64,000 bases of DNA from an uncultured Alphaproteobacteria bacterium (GCA_963827365.1 CAWHAX010000028.1:6441-70440); one strand, 5' to 3'; counted from the first letter of the stretch, positions 1 through 11,060 are shown. Numbers and translations: made by a program. The notes: a model not told the origin generated them from the letters alone.

Positions 1-763
1 TCACATATGGCTGCGGCGGGTCGTCCTTCGAATAGAGCAACTCGTCGTCGACGGGGACCTGCTTGCTTTCCACCTCCTGCTGCACACTCGCGCTTGCGTC
101 GACCATCCTGAATTCGAGCTTGCCGGTCTCGCCGATCAGGCGCTTCAGGCGCTCGACGTCGCTGATGCCGGGAACCTGCACGAGCACGCGGTTGCGGCCC
201 TGGCGCTGGATACTCGGCTCGGTCGTGCCGAAGGCGTCGACGCGGCGGCGGATGGTCTCGATCGAAGCCTGGATCGCCGAGTCCATGCGCTGGGTGAGCC
301 CGGCATCGGTGGCCTTGAGCAACACGCCGTTATCGCCGCTGCGGCTCACATCGAGGGTATGGGCCCCGGTCAGTCCGAAGGTGTTGCTCACCGGCACGGA
401 CAGCTTACGCAAGTCCTCGTAAGCCTTTTCGAAGTCGGCAGCCTCGCGGATCTTCACCGACACGGTGCGCGTGGTAAGGTTCTGGGTGAGATCGGTATAG
501 GGGGTGCGATCCTTGCGCAGCGTCTCGCGCACGTCGTCGCGCAGCTTGTTGAGCCAGTCCTCGATCATCTCCTCCTCGTCGAGCTGATAGAGGAGATGGG
601 CGCCGCCTTGCAGATCGAGGCCGAGACTGACCTGCTTGTGCGGAAGCCAGCCGGGCATGGTCTCCATTGTTGTGCGCGGGAAGACGTTGGGAAGGGCAAA
701 GATCAGGCCGGCGAGTACCACGCCGAACACCACAATCAGCTTCCATTGGGGAAAATGCAGCAT
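1..763 (-). CDS. secD: Protein translocase subunit SecD, 5' part (runs off window)
   Basis: Manual translation from ATG at 763: MLHFPQWKLIVVFGVVLAGLIFALPNVF...LGLDLQGG...IETIRRRVDAFGTTEPSIQRQGRNRVLVQVPG...LIGETGKLEF; downstream of yajC. Confidence 0.93.
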   Translation of the reverse strand, partial: MLHFPQWKLIVVFGVVLAGLIFALPNVFPRTTMETMPGWLPHKQVSLGLDLQGGAHLLYQLDEEEMIEDWLNKLRDDVRETLRKDRTPYTDLTQNLTTRTVSVKIREAADFEKAYEDLRKLSVPVSNTFGLTGAHTLDVSRSGDNGVLLKATDAGLTQRMDSAIQASIETIRRRVDAFGTTEPSIQRQGRNRVLVQVPGISDVERLKRLIGETGKLEFRMVDASASVQQEVESKQVPVDDELLYSKDDPPQPYV

Positions 764-824
764 TGCCGCTTATCAACTCCAGATTGGGCTTGCGGGGGCT
801 TAAGCGCTTAGACCCGAGCGAAAC

Positions 825-1178
825 TTAGTTGTCACCTTCCGTCGCCGCCTTCGACTTGGGGGCCGCCTGCGCTTCGCGCTTGGTGCGGACCTCGGAGACC
901 GTCCCGCGCACGAGCTTGATGCGAACGCCGTCGGCGATCTCGACCTGCAATTCGTTGTCATCGACCTTGGTCACCTTGCCGATGATGCCTCCGGAGGTGA
1001 CCACGGTGTCGCCGCGTCTGATGGCGGCGATCATCGCCTGATGCTCTTTCAGCCGCCTCTGCTGCGGCCGGATCATCAGGAAATACATGATGCCGATGAT
1101 TAGCACGGTCGGGACGATCAAGCTATTCAGCGCGTCGAACGCGCTTGGAGCGGCTTGAGCGTATACGGCGTCGATCAT
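825..1178 (-). CDS. yajC: Preprotein translocase subunit YajC
   Basis: MYFLMIRPQQRR...GDTVVTSGGIIGKV motif; adjacent to secD. Confidence 0.96.
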   Translation of the reverse strand: MIDAVYAQAAPSAFDALNSLIVPTVLIIGIMYFLMIRPQQRRLKEHQAMIAAIRRGDTVVTSGGIIGKVTKVDDNELQVEIADGVRIKLVRGTVSEVRTKREAQAAPKSKAATEGDN

Positions 1179-1336
1179 TGCTTCCTACCCTGGGCTTGGC
1201 TTAGTGCTGGCCGCCTCTATCGCCCTTCAAGGCTCTTACAGTCCAATTGAGTGGATTGGCATGACGAAAGTGCCGCGACTATAGCGGCCTGCCTCGGCTT
1301 TGCAACGGGCCGCGGAGAGCCTTAAACCAAGCGGCC

Positions 1337-2218
1337 ATGAACTTCCAGGAACCAATTTCGGGCCTTGTCGAGCGGATTGCCAGGGCCTTGGAGCGGCTTG
1401 CGCCCCCCTCCCCGCGGAAGCCCGATTTCGACCGCGCCGAGGCTTTTATCTGGCAGGCCGATCCCGAGGCCTTTTTGCCGGTCGCGGCGGTCAATCGCGT
1501 GCCTCTTTCGCTGCTCAAAGGCATCGACCGCATGCGCGACGTGCTGTTCGACAACACCGTGCGGTTTGCGCAAGGCCTTCCCGCCAACAATGCGCTGCTC
1601 TGGGGCGCGCGCGGCACCGGCAAGAGTTCTCTGGTCAAGGCGGTGCATGCGGCGGTAAGCCGCGAGGGATCGGCGACAGCGGGGAGCCTCAACCTCGTCG
1701 AGATCCACCGCGAGGATATCGGCACGCTGCCGCGCTTGCTTGCGCATCTCCACGAGACCAAGGGCAAACGCTTCATCCTGTTTTGCGACGACCTGTCCTT
1801 CGAGACACGCGACACCTCCTACAAGTCGCTCAAGGCTGTGCTCGAGGGCGGCGTCGAAGGAAGGCCCGAGCATGTAATATTCTACGCCACCTCGAGCCGC
1901 CGGCATCTGATGCCGCGCGAGATGCTGGAGAACGAGCGCTCGACCGCCATCAATCCATCGGAGGGCATCGACGAGACGGTGTCGCTCTCGGACCGCTTCG
2001 GACTGTGGATCGGCTTCCACAATTGCAGCCAGGATGAGTATCTCGACATGGTGCGGGGCTATGCCGCGCATTATCGCCTGCCCATCGAAGACGAGGTGCT
2101 GACCCGCGAGGCGCTCGCCTGGGCGACCGGGCGCGGCGCGCGCTCGGGCCGGGTCGCCTTTCAATACATTCAGGATGTGGCCGGGCGCCTTGGCGTGCGG
2201 CTCGAAGGCCAACGCTAG
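1337..2218 (+). CDS. AAA+ ATPase, DUF815-like
   Basis: ANNALLWGARGTGKSS Walker A, FILFCDDLSF, SLSDRFGLW; usual position next to yajC in Rhizobiales. Confidence 0.9.
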   Translation: MNFQEPISGLVERIARALERLAPPSPRKPDFDRAEAFIWQADPEAFLPVAAVNRVPLSLLKGIDRMRDVLFDNTVRFAQGLPANNALLWGARGTGKSSLVKAVHAAVSREGSATAGSLNLVEIHREDIGTLPRLLAHLHETKGKRFILFCDDLSFETRDTSYKSLKAVLEGGVEGRPEHVIFYATSSRRHLMPREMLENERSTAINPSEGIDETVSLSDRFGLWIGFHNCSQDEYLDMVRGYAAHYRLPIEDEVLTREALAWATGRGARSGRVAFQYIQDVAGRLGVRLEGQR

Positions 2219-3441
2219 TCGGCGTTCGCCGTTGAGTGCGTCATGAACTTGGTCGGATCGACCGGACGGGAGCCCTTGCGCAGCTCGAAGTGAAGCTGCG
2301 GCTGGTTGACCTGACCAGTGCGCCCAGCCTTGGCGATGACCTGGCCGCGACGGACCTGATCGCCGCGCTTGACCAAGATCTCCTCGTTATGCGCATACGC
2401 CGACACCCAGTTGTTGGAATGCCGGATCAGCACGAGATTGCCGTAGCCTTTGAGCTCGTCTCCGGCATAGGCGACGACGCCGTTCTCGGCGGCCTTCACC
2501 GAAGTACCTGCAGGCACAGCGACGTTGATGCCGTCATTGTGCCCGCCATCGGGCTTGGTGCCGAACTCGGAGATGATGCGGCCCTGCACCGGCCAGCGGA
2601 AGCTGTTGCCCGTCATGGGCTCGGGCGCGGGAAGCTGCTGGGTGCTCGCCACTTGCGGGTTCTGCCCGCCGACCACGTCCTCGTCGGCGGCAGCAGCAGT
2701 CTGCGACTTCGCCGCGGCTTGAGGCTTGTTGGCCGGCGGCGCAATCGCGGTGGTCTTGACCACTTGAACTGCGGGCGCGGCTGATTTCTTTGGCGCTGCC
2801 GCGACAGCGGCGGGTGCAGGCGCCTTCCCGCCCTTGGGCAGATACAGCACCTGGCCGACCTTCAGGCGCGGCGGCTTCAGGTCGTTGCGGGCAATGAGCG
2901 CCTTTACGTTGACGCCGGTCTTCGCCGCAATGCTGCTCGGCGTATCGCCAGCCTGTACCTTGTAGGTCTCTTCCGTCCCTGACGCGGCGCGAGCCTTGCT
3001 GAGGCTCGACCTGGACGCGGGCTCAGGCGCCGCGTAGTTGACTTTTTGCGGCTTGAGCTGGGTCGGCGGCGCATAAGCGGCCGGCGTTGGCTGGTTATAG
3101 GCCTGCAGGGCCGGCTGCGTGCTCGACTGCGCGTAGGACCCGTTCGGATAGCCGTTCGGCGGTGGCAGGGTAGAACGCGAGTACGACCCGTTCTGATAGG
3201 GACTTTGATAGTTGCCCTGCCCGCGCTGCGCGTAGATCGATTCCTGTGGAACTGGCGGCAGAGAGGCGGTGGCGTTCGGATCGGCGAGTGGCTCAGGCTC
3301 GGAGGAGCGCGACAACCCGAAGGACGGAAAGTCAAACCGGGAGACGCCGGAGCTACAGCCGCCAAGGAACGTCAGTGACGACAATGAAGCGGCCACCAAA
3401 GCGCAACGGCCAATCGCTGGCCACAACACGCGCGCTTGCAT
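2215..3441 (-). CDS. nlpD: LysM + M23 peptidase lipoprotein (NlpD/DipM-like)
   Basis: Lipobox FLGGC, LysM (YKVQAGDT), M23 (HNDGIN, AYAH, LHFELRKG); downstream of pcm; start chosen at MQARV, ORF extends to 3507. Confidence 0.88.
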   Translation of the reverse strand: MQARVLWPAIGRCALVAASLSSLTFLGGCSSGVSRFDFPSFGLSRSSEPEPLADPNATASLPPVPQESIYAQRGQGNYQSPYQNGSYSRSTLPPPNGYPNGSYAQSSTQPALQAYNQPTPAAYAPPTQLKPQKVNYAAPEPASRSSLSKARAASGTEETYKVQAGDTPSSIAAKTGVNVKALIARNDLKPPRLKVGQVLYLPKGGKAPAPAAVAAAPKKSAAPAVQVVKTTAIAPPANKPQAAAKSQTAAAADEDVVGGQNPQVASTQQLPAPEPMTGNSFRWPVQGRIISEFGTKPDGGHNDGINVAVPAGTSVKAAENGVVAYAGDELKGYGNLVLIRHSNNWVSAYAHNEEILVKRGDQVRRGQVIAKAGRTGQVNQPQLHFELRKGSRPVDPTKFMTHSTANAD

Positions 3442-3567
3442 ACCCCCGTACCCCTCGAAACGCATTACAGACCGAGAGCCCGAGTTAAGCTCGCGAACGG
3501 TAAACAAGCCGCTAATGACGATCCCGGGTTGAACGAAAAAGCGTCAACCGGCTCCGCTGCCGGGTCG

Positions 3568-4221
3568 TTACGCGCGTTCCTCCGGCTTCACCCGGCCGTG
3601 CAGGAGGGGCACGAAACGGACCCGCAACAGGGGCTCCTCCTTGGTCATGCCAGTCTCGCTCTTGTCGATCTGCACAAGAGACTGCGTGTCGCGCGTTTCG
3701 CCCAACGGGATGATCATCCGCCCTCCGGGCTTCAATTGATCGACGAGGGCTTTGGGGGCTTCCGGCGCCGCCGCCGTGACGATGATGCGGTCATAGGGCG
3801 CCTGCGGCGGCCAGCCGATCCAGCCGTCGCCGATGATGGTGGTGACATTGGTAATGCCGAGCTTGGCGAAGCGCCGGTCGGCAGCCTTCTGCAATTCGCG
3901 CCAGCGCTCGACGGTGAAGACGTGGTCGCAGAGGTGGGAGAGGACTGCTGCCTGGTATCCGGACCCGGTGCCGATCTCCAGCACCTTGTGGCTCGCCTCG
4001 AGCGCAAGCTTCTCGGTCATGAAGGCGACCACGTAAGGCTGCGAGATGGTCTGGCCGCATTCGATGGGAAGGGCGATGTCCTGATAAGCGTGCCCGGCGA
4101 AGGCTGGGTCCACGAACAGCTCGCGCGGCACAAGCTCTATGGCGCGCAATACGCGCGTGTCACGGATGCCGCGGCGCCTGAGCTGCATGATCAGGTTGAA
4201 CTGGTCCGGCTCACTCGCCAT
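3568..4221 (-). CDS. pcm: Protein-L-isoaspartate O-methyltransferase
   Basis: GQTISQPY, VLEIGTGSGY, APYDRIIVTAA. Confidence 0.96.
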   Translation of the reverse strand: MASEPDQFNLIMQLRRRGIRDTRVLRAIELVPRELFVDPAFAGHAYQDIALPIECGQTISQPYVVAFMTEKLALEASHKVLEIGTGSGYQAAVLSHLCDHVFTVERWRELQKAADRRFAKLGITNVTTIIGDGWIGWPPQAPYDRIIVTAAAPEAPKALVDQLKPGGRMIIPLGETRDTQSLVQIDKSETGMTKEEPLLRVRFVPLLHGRVKPEERA

Positions 4222-4282
4222 GGCGAGCGATCCTCTTTGCGTGCTGAATCATTGACATAGGCAACGATTCTGAACCTCTGGG

Positions 4283-5062
4283 TCAGCGAGCGGAAGGCCT
4301 ATTGCCGAGCGCCGTGGCGAGCTTCGCCCGCGTCTCCTCGTCGGTGAAGTCGAGCTGGAGCGGGGTTACCGAGATGCGGCCGGACTGAACCGCCCAGAGG
4401 TCGGTGCCCTTCGGCGGCTTGCCCCGGCGGCGCTCAAGCCCGACCCAGTAATAGGGCTTGCCGCGGGTATCGAGCCGATCCTCGATGCGCAGAAGGTCTG
4501 GATTGCGCTGGCCCTGGCTCGTCACCGCCATGCCTTTGACCGCGTCAGGCTCGCAGTCGGGGAAATTGACATTGAGCACCACGCCTTCCGGCCAGCCCTG
4601 TTTCAACAGATTGCGCATGAGCTCGGCGCCGTGGCGCATCGGCGTGTCCCAGAGAGGCTGGCCGGTCTCGTTCTGGCCGATGGCGAGGCTGAGGGCCATC
4701 GACGGCACGCCGAGGAGCACGCCCTCGATAGCGCCCGCCACGGTGCCGGAATAGTTCACGTCGTCGGCGAGGTTCTGCCCGCGATTGACGCCGGACAGAA
4801 CGAGGGCCGGCGGCTTGTCCTTGAGCAGGAAGCGCACGCCCATGATGACGCAGTCCGTGGGCGTGCCCTTCACCGCATAGCGGCGCTTGCCGAGCTCGCG
4901 CATGCGCAAGGGCTCGGCGAGGGTGAGCGAATGCGAGGCGCCGGATTGGTCGGTCTCAGGCGCCACGACCCACACATCCTTGCTGATCTCATTGGCGATG
5001 TGCTCGAGCACGTCGAGGCCCGGCGCCTCGATGCCGTCGTCATTGGTGATCAGGACGCGCAT
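4283..5062 (-). CDS. surE: 5'/3'-nucleotidase SurE
   Basis: [42 protein letters not shown]; start overlaps serS stop (TGATG). Confidence 0.96.
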   Translation of the reverse strand: MRVLITNDDGIEAPGLDVLEHIANEISKDVWVVAPETDQSGASHSLTLAEPLRMRELGKRRYAVKGTPTDCVIMGVRFLLKDKPPALVLSGVNRGQNLADDVNYSGTVAGAIEGVLLGVPSMALSLAIGQNETGQPLWDTPMRHGAELMRNLLKQGWPEGVVLNVNFPDCEPDAVKGMAVTSQGQRNPDLLRIEDRLDTRGKPYYWVGLERRRGKPPKGTDLWAVQSGRISVTPLQLDFTDEETRAKLATALGNRPSAR

Positions 5063-6564
5063 CAGGACTTCGCAGATATCCGTTCGAGGCCGCCCATGTA
5101 AGGTTTGAGCGCGTCGGGGATGCGGATCGAGCCGTCGGCGTCCTGGTAGTTCTCCATCACCGCGATCAGGGCGCGGCCGACGGCGACGCCGGAGCCGTTC
5201 AGCGTGTGCACGAAGCGCGTGTCCTTGGCGCCGGCAGACCGGAAGCGGGCGTTCATGCGGCGGGCCTGGAAGTCGCCGCAGTTGGAGCAGGAGGAAATCT
5301 CGCGATAGGCCCCCTGCCCCGGCAGCCAGACCTCGAGGTCGTAGGTCTTCTGCGAAGCGAAGCCCATGTCGCCGGTGGAGAGAACCATGACCCGATAGGG
5401 AATACCGAGCCGCTTCAGCACTTCCTCGGCGCATTGCGTCATGCGCTCGTGCTCGTCTTTCGATTGCTCGGGCGTGGTGATGGAGACAAGTTCGACTTTG
5501 GAGAATTGATGCTGGCGGATCATGCCGCGGGTGTCCTTGCCGGCGGCGCCAGCCTCGGCGCGGAAGCACGGCGTGCCAGCGGTGACTCGGATGGGAAGCT
5601 TGGCCTCGTCGGTGATGTCCTCGCGCACGAGATTGGTCAGCGGAACTTCGGCGGTCGGGATGAGCCAATGGGTTTCTTTGTTTTCCAAAAACTCAGCGAT
5701 ATCCGTTAGACCTGCATTGATGCGGTCAGTTCTTTTGCGGATCCGGCCTAACCTCTCCATCACCTCCTGTAAAAGCTCGATTGGACTTTTGCCGCTTGCG
5801 TCGGGTGGTTGGAGTTCAATGTCTGGAAGCGTCAATTCGGCCTCTCGCCGCAATAAATTGAGCTTGCCGATCTCTGGATTGATGGTTCGCAATGTTTCGA
5901 ACTGATCGTCCTCAAATTTCGGCAGTTGCGCGGTTCCGAACATTGCGTCGTCGTGGACGAGCAGTGGCGGGTTCACTTCGGTATAGCCATGCTCGCTCGT
6001 GTGCAGGTCGAGCATGAGCTGAGACAGCGCGCGTTCGAGTCTCGCCAAAGGACCCTTCAAGACGACGAAGCGCGAGCCTGAAAGCTTCGCCGCGGTCTCG
6101 AAATCCATGAGGCCGAGCGCCTCGCCCAACTCGAAATGCTGCTTGGGCTGGAAATCGAACATCGGCGGCGCGCCGACCTTGCGCAGTTCCTTGTTGACGC
6201 TCTCGTCGCCGACCGGAACGTCGTCGGCAGGCACATTGGGAATAGCGGCGAGGTAGTCCTGGAACGCTTTGTCGTCTTCGCGCTCCTTCGCCTCGCCGTC
6301 GCGGATCGCGACCTTGAGCTCAGCGACCTCTTCCATCAGCGCCTTGGCGCGGGCCTCGTCCTTGGCGGCCTTGGCCTGGCCGATACCGCTCGAAGCAGCG
6401 TTGCGGCGGGCTTGCGCCTCCTGCAATTTCTGAATCGTTGCCCGGCGTTGCTCGTCCAGCTTCAGAATTTGATTCAGTGTTTCGCGGGGTTCCGGGGAGC
6501 CGCGGTCGGCCAGCCCTTTGACGAAGGCGTCCTGGTTCTCGCGAATCCATTTGATGTCGAGCAA
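5062..6564 (-). CDS. serS: Serine--tRNA ligase with a ~75 aa internal insertion
   Basis: TTG start [48 protein letters not shown]. Confidence 0.97.
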   Translation of the reverse strand: MLDIKWIRENQDAFVKGLADRGSPEPRETLNQILKLDEQRRATIQKLQEAQARRNAASSGIGQAKAAKDEARAKALMEEVAELKVAIRDGEAKEREDDKAFQDYLAAIPNVPADDVPVGDESVNKELRKVGAPPMFDFQPKQHFELGEALGLMDFETAAKLSGSRFVVLKGPLARLERALSQLMLDLHTSEHGYTEVNPPLLVHDDAMFGTAQLPKFEDDQFETLRTINPEIGKLNLLRREAELTLPDIELQPPDASGKSPIELLQEVMERLGRIRKRTDRINAGLTDIAEFLENKETHWLIPTAEVPLTNLVREDITDEAKLPIRVTAGTPCFRAEAGAAGKDTRGMIRQHQFSKVELVSITTPEQSKDEHERMTQCAEEVLKRLGIPYRVMVLSTGDMGFASQKTYDLEVWLPGQGAYREISSCSNCGDFQARRMNARFRSAGAKDTRFVHTLNGSGVAVGRALIAVMENYQDADGSIRIPDALKPYMGGLERISAKS

Positions 6565-6814
6565 GGCTTAGGTCCTACCGGTCGGAATCGAGGCTTCCCT
6601 ATAAGGCTCGCCAACCCCCTTGTCATCGTGCGCGAGAGGTCAGGGACCGCGGAACGCCCGGATCCCGCAGGTCTTGGGGTCTCCGCGAACCGTCCTACTT
6701 CCGCCTGCTGAGCGCACAAACTGTGGCATTCGCCACAGCGCCAATCCGGGCGGAGCGCTAGACGTCTTGGGAGCGCGTCGCCATGCCGTGCTCGACCCGA
6801 GAGGAGTGCAGACA

Positions 6815-6946
6815 ATGGAGCAAATCGTGATCGCCTGTAAGAAGATCAGGGAGGCGGCGAGGCTGTTGGCTGCTGCCAACGAGCGCGCCCTTGCCGAGGA
6901 AGCGAAGGCCCTTGCGGCCCAGGTGGACCGCAAGAATGTCCAATAG
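6815..6946 (+). CDS. Small hypothetical helical protein (43 aa)
   Basis: GAGGAG RBS, ATG, MEQIVIACKKIREAARLL..., followed directly by a terminator. Confidence 0.5.
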   Translation: MEQIVIACKKIREAARLLAAANERALAEEAKALAAQVDRKNVQ

Positions 6947-6964
6947 CCCTCACGCTAGGAACCG

Positions 6965-6999
6965 AGGAAGCCCCGCATCTCGTCGGGGCTTCCTTTTTT
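6965..6999 (+). terminator. Intrinsic terminator
   Basis: AGGAAGCCCCG-loop-CGGGGCTTCCT followed by a T run. Confidence 0.8.
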
Positions 7000-7179
7000 G
7001 ATTTGGTCTGCATCCCTAGTCCAGCAGACGCCTGAGCTCCACTAAACGCTGAGTTTCTCAGTCAAAAGCAACTCCACCTTGTTAGCCACTCGTGCGGGCA
7101 CACGAGCATTGTGAAGTGTAGCGCCTCGCCTCCCGGGATACGATCGAGGCATCGTGGCGCGCTGGTTAGGAGTAGGACC

Positions 7180-8229
7180 ATGCCCAATCTGTATGAAATC
7201 CTCGCAGAGGCTCAGAATGGCGAAGCGATGGCCGAGATCGGCCGCGCATACGGGCTCACACAGGAGCAGACCGAGGCCGCGGTGGCGGCGCTTCTTCCCG
7301 CAATATCGATGGGTCTCAAGCGCTCGACCGATACTCCCGAAGGGCTCGGCAACCTCCTTGCCCTCATGGCACAGCGGCCAGACCTCTACGCCTTCTATGA
7401 CGATCCGCGCGTCGCATTCTCCCCGGAAGGATTTGCAGCAGGGAACGCGGCACTCTCCCAGATGTTCGGCTCGCCGGAGGCAAGCCGCGCAATTGCCGCT
7501 CAGGCGCAAAATCTTTCGGGCGTGACCTCGGCCATCCTGAAGAAGCTCTTGCCGGTGATCGTCGGCATGATCATTTCCGGCCTGATGCGCAGCGGTTCAG
7601 GACGGGCTGCGCCGCAAGCGCCGCAGCCAGCTCCGGCACCAGCGCCAGAACAAGGCGGCGGGTTGATCGACATCCTGCGGCAGATCTTCCAACAGGGACA
7701 ACCGGAGGCGACCGGTCGGCCGGGAGCGGGCTCGGGGTCGACTCCCTGGGGCATCCCTCCCATCGGCGACATTCTCGGCGAACCTAAGAAAGACGTCGCC
7801 AACACGCCGCAACAAGTCCCGCAGGCTCCGAGGCCGAGCGACCGTCCAGCTCCTGTTCCAACCGACTCTGGCGATGGCACGACGCCTGGAGGCGATGTCC
7901 TCGGTCAGATCCTGCGTGAGTTGGAGAAGGGCATTCGAGAAGGACGCGTCAAACCGGTCATCGTCGGCCCGTACGAGATCGATATCCCCGGGACATCGAA
8001 GCCCAGCGGTCCCGGCCAGACGCAAACTCCTGGAGGCGATATCCTCGGCCAGATCCTGCGAGAAATGCTCGGCGGCAAAGGCGGCAAACTGCAATTGCCC
8101 GGCCAAGCATCAGGTTTGGGTTCGGCGGTGTTCGGAGATCGGATCGAGACCGGCAGGGACATCGACCAGAGTCAGATCGACAGCCTGCAAGAGGTGTTCG
8201 ACCGCTTCCTCGGCACCCAGCAGCGCTGA
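7180..8229 (+). CDS. DUF937-like protein with Pro/Gly-rich repeat tail
   Basis: AGGAG RBS; AQNGEAMAEIGRAYGL...AALLPA...GNAALSQMFGS...ILKKLLP pattern; repeated GGD(I/V)LGQILRE. Confidence 0.75.
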   Translation: MPNLYEILAEAQNGEAMAEIGRAYGLTQEQTEAAVAALLPAISMGLKRSTDTPEGLGNLLALMAQRPDLYAFYDDPRVAFSPEGFAAGNAALSQMFGSPEASRAIAAQAQNLSGVTSAILKKLLPVIVGMIISGLMRSGSGRAAPQAPQPAPAPAPEQGGGLIDILRQIFQQGQPEATGRPGAGSGSTPWGIPPIGDILGEPKKDVANTPQQVPQAPRPSDRPAPVPTDSGDGTTPGGDVLGQILRELEKGIREGRVKPVIVGPYEIDIPGTSKPSGPGQTQTPGGDILGQILREMLGGKGGKLQLPGQASGLGSAVFGDRIETGRDIDQSQIDSLQEVFDRFLGTQQR

Positions 8230-8454
8230 GGTGCGCAAGAAGCGACTCGTCGCCATCCCGTCGCGCGCCGAGACTGAGGGGCCCAGATTGGGCTTCCCCC
8301 CTGGAAACGCAAAAGGAGATTACAAGCCTAGTGTCACGCAATGCGGCATGCTCAAACGAGCGATCTCACGCCGCGCTTGCCAAGCTCGCCTAGACCGCGG
8401 AGCACCTATCAACACCGCCGAGAACAAATGACGGTCTTGCCGCTCTAACCGGCC

Positions 8455-9132
8455 TCAGCGCAAGGTCACGATGGCGAGGCGGCCGTCGGTGTGCCAGGGA
8501 TCGCCGCCGCCGTTCTTGCCTTTGCGCTCGGGGTGGAAGTCGTCGTTCCAGTCGACCGACTGCGCTAACCCCGCCTCTCGAAGCTCGGCGACCAGGCGGT
8601 CGCGCTCGGCATCGATGTCCGGCGCGATGTGATGGGTGACCTGGCCGGTGGTGTGGCTGAGCCCCACACTCCTGTCGAACGTCGCCGCGCCGAACCAGGC
8701 CGGGCGGTCTTCATAGAGATCGTCCCAACGCCAGAAGCGTACATGATGCCGCTTGCCTGGACCGCCCTTGATCGGCTGCTCGAAGGCGAAGTCCTGCTTG
8801 CGGCCGAACAGGAAGAGATTGCTCACCGGGGCGGCGTCGTCGGCACGATGCAGCACTGTGTCGGCGGCGATCTGCACGCTGCTCTCAACCGTGATCGGCT
8901 TTGCCTCGACCCAGCCGCACGCCGTCATGGCGCGCTGCAATTCCGCCTCGTCGCCGGCAAGCACGATGTTGATGGGATCGCCGGGATGACCGTCGCCGGT
9001 CTTGGTGCAGCGATCGAGATTCGTGAAGTCGGGGTGGCGGCGAAAGTACATCGCCCACAGCTTCGGCGCGATGATGTAAGCCGCCACCGCCCAGGTGAGC
9101 GCAATCAGGATCAATGTGTCGGTCTTCGACAT
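8455..9132 (-). CDS. LssY C-terminal domain protein
   Basis: GDPINIVL, APVSNLFLFGRKQDFAFEQ, RHHVRFW, GAATFD, THHIAPDIDAERD, WHTDG. Confidence 0.85.
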   Translation of the reverse strand: MSKTDTLILIALTWAVAAYIIAPKLWAMYFRRHPDFTNLDRCTKTGDGHPGDPINIVLAGDEAELQRAMTACGWVEAKPITVESSVQIAADTVLHRADDAAPVSNLFLFGRKQDFAFEQPIKGGPGKRHHVRFWRWDDLYEDRPAWFGAATFDRSVGLSHTTGQVTHHIAPDIDAERDRLVAELREAGLAQSVDWNDDFHPERKGKNGGGDPWHTDGRLAIVTLR

Positions 9133-9139
9133 GACCCGC

Positions 9140-9472
9140 CTACGTGGCTCCCCACGGCGCCGTTTGAATGCCGAGCTCGTCGAGAATTTGCAGCCAGAAC
9201 AGGAAGGAGAGAATGGCGGCGAGGCCTGCGAGAACGGCGGCGGCGATCAGATATCGCCCTTGGCTTGCGAGCGCGTAAGCCGGAAGGCTAAGCGGAAAGA
9301 AGATGAACATCATGGCCGCACCGACCGCCACCATCTCCATGCCGTCGCCCTTGGGGTTGGCGTGATTGAACAGGAACACGGTGAGGAAGACGATGAACAG
9401 GCTCTCCGCCGCGACGGCGAAGAGTACGCTGGCGCGCAGCCGCCTATCGTGCGGGGAGAGGGTTGGGGTCAT
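9140..9472 (-). CDS. Hypothetical membrane protein
   Basis: Three hydrophobic segments; start overlaps tatC stop. Confidence 0.7.
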   Translation of the reverse strand: MTPTLSPHDRRLRASVLFAVAAESLFIVFLTVFLFNHANPKGDGMEMVAVGAAMMFIFFPLSLPAYALASQGRYLIAAAVLAGLAAILSFLFWLQILDELGIQTAPWGAT

Positions 9473-10287
9473 CAGGCCGGTTTGCCGGCGGGTTTGGCGG
9501 CAGGCTTCGCCGCGGTCGAAGCCGCGTGCTTCTTCTCGGCGAGCCGCACGGCGTAGATCGACAGCTCGTAGAGAAGCACAGTGGGTATGGCGAGCGAGAT
9601 CTGGCTGATCGGGTCAGGCGGGGTCAGCACGGCGGCAACGATGAAGGCGATAAGGATGGCGATGCGGCGCTTGGCCTTGAGCTGGTCGGCGGTGACGAGC
9701 CCGGCACGGCCTAACAGAGTCAGCAGCACCGGCAACTGGAAGCAAATGCCGAAGGCTAGGATCAGCGTCATGATCAGCGAAAGATATTCGCTGACCTTGG
9801 CGGTGAGCTGGATGTGCACCTTGCTGTCGCCGGTCTGCTGCATCGACAGGAAGAAGGTCATGGCGAGCGGCATCACCACGAAATAGACGAGCGCCGCGCC
9901 AAGCAGGAACAGGATCGGCGTGGCGATGAGGAACGGCAGGAAGGCCTTGCGCTCTCTGCGATAGAGCCCCGGCGCCACGAACATGTAGATCTGCGAGGCG
10001 ATCACCGGGAAGGCGATGAACACGGCGCCGAACAGCGCGAGCTTCATCTCGGTGAAGAAGAACTCCTGCGGCGCCGTGTAGATCATCTCGATCGGCGTAT
10101 CGACCCCGGCGGCGAGCCGGTAGGGCCAGAGCAGGAGATTGTAGAGGTCACGCGAGAAATAGAAGCAGAGCGCGAAGGCGACGGAGATGGCGGCGAGCGA
10201 CCAGATTAGCCGCCGGCGGAGCTCGACGAGATGCTCCATCAAGGGCGCCTTGGTCGCCTCGATCGCCACCTCATCCTCTTTGCTCAC
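9472..10287 (-). CDS. tatC: Sec-independent translocase TatC
   Basis: [33 protein letters not shown]. Confidence 0.97.
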   Translation of the reverse strand: MSKEDEVAIEATKAPLMEHLVELRRRLIWSLAAISVAFALCFYFSRDLYNLLLWPYRLAAGVDTPIEMIYTAPQEFFFTEMKLALFGAVFIAFPVIASQIYMFVAPGLYRRERKAFLPFLIATPILFLLGAALVYFVVMPLAMTFFLSMQQTGDSKVHIQLTAKVSEYLSLIMTLILAFGICFQLPVLLTLLGRAGLVTADQLKAKRRIAILIAFIVAAVLTPPDPISQISLAIPTVLLYELSIYAVRLAEKKHAASTAAKPAAKPAGKPA

Positions 10288-10736
10288 GGCGCGCCCTCTT
10301 CGGCCTTCTTGGCGCGCGGCTTCTTGGGCGACGCAGGTTTGGGCGAAGGAGGCTTCGTCGACCCAGTCTTTGGCTTCTTGGCGCGAGGTTTCGGCTTGGC
10401 TTTGGGCGTGGGCTCGGGTGGAGGCGCAATCGCCACAGGCGCGGTTGCCGGCGTCGGCTCCGAGGGCGTCGGCATCATCAGCGGCTTATCGACGGTTCCG
10501 CGCAGATTCACGTCGGACGCCTGCGCATGAAAATCCTGCATGGCCTTTCGCACCTCGTCGATCTCGCTGTCGCGCACCGCGTCCTCGAACTGGCGCTGAA
10601 AGTCGCTCGCCATCGCCCTGAGCTTGCCGGTGTAATGGCCGAAAGTGCGCATCAGGCGCGGCAACTCCTTTGGCCCGACCACGACGATGGCGACGACGCC
10701 GATGACCAGAAGTTCAGACCAACCAATATCGAACAT
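10284..10736 (-). CDS. tatB: Sec-independent translocase TatB
   Basis: [26 protein letters not shown]. Confidence 0.96.
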   Translation of the reverse strand: MFDIGWSELLVIGVVAIVVVGPKELPRLMRTFGHYTGKLRAMASDFQRQFEDAVRDSEIDEVRKAMQDFHAQASDVNLRGTVDKPLMMPTPSEPTPATAPVAIAPPPEPTPKAKPKPRAKKPKTGSTKPPSPKPASPKKPRAKKAEEGAP

Positions 10737-10808
10737 GGATTCCGCTCGAGGCCCGAGTTTGGCGCGTGGTGCTAGGCAGGCGCCCGAGGCGGCCCGCGTA
10801 AAGCGCGG

Positions 10809-11060
10809 CTAGCTTGATTTCGGTGCCTTCGCCGCCCGCGGGGTCTTGGGCTTCGCCGCGGACTTGGTAGGTTTGTGCTCGATAACCTTGGCCGCGGGCT
10901 CCGGCTCAGCTTCAGCCTCGGCGCCCTCCTCGGTCATCTCCTTCTTGAAGCTCTTGATGCCCTTGGCGAGGTCGCCCATGAGCCCCGAGATCTTGCCCGT
11001 GCCGAACAAAAGCACGAAGACGAGGAGCACCAGGAGGATGTGCCACCAACTCAATCCCAT
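10809..11060 (-). CDS. tatA: Sec-independent translocase TatA
   Basis: [40 protein letters not shown]. Confidence 0.95.
   Translation of the reverse strand: MGLSWWHILLVLLVFVLLFGTGKISGLMGDLAKGIKSFKKEMTEEGAEAEAEPEPAAKVIEHKPTKSAAKPKTPRAAKAPKSS

Noticed and set aside
5063-5668. Apparent N-terminal extension of SurE (461 aa ORF)
   Set aside because: Alternative frame within serS; SurE starts at 5062
5671-5895. SerRS insertion as an intein or intron
   Set aside because: No Cys/Ser start, no HN end, reading frame open, too short
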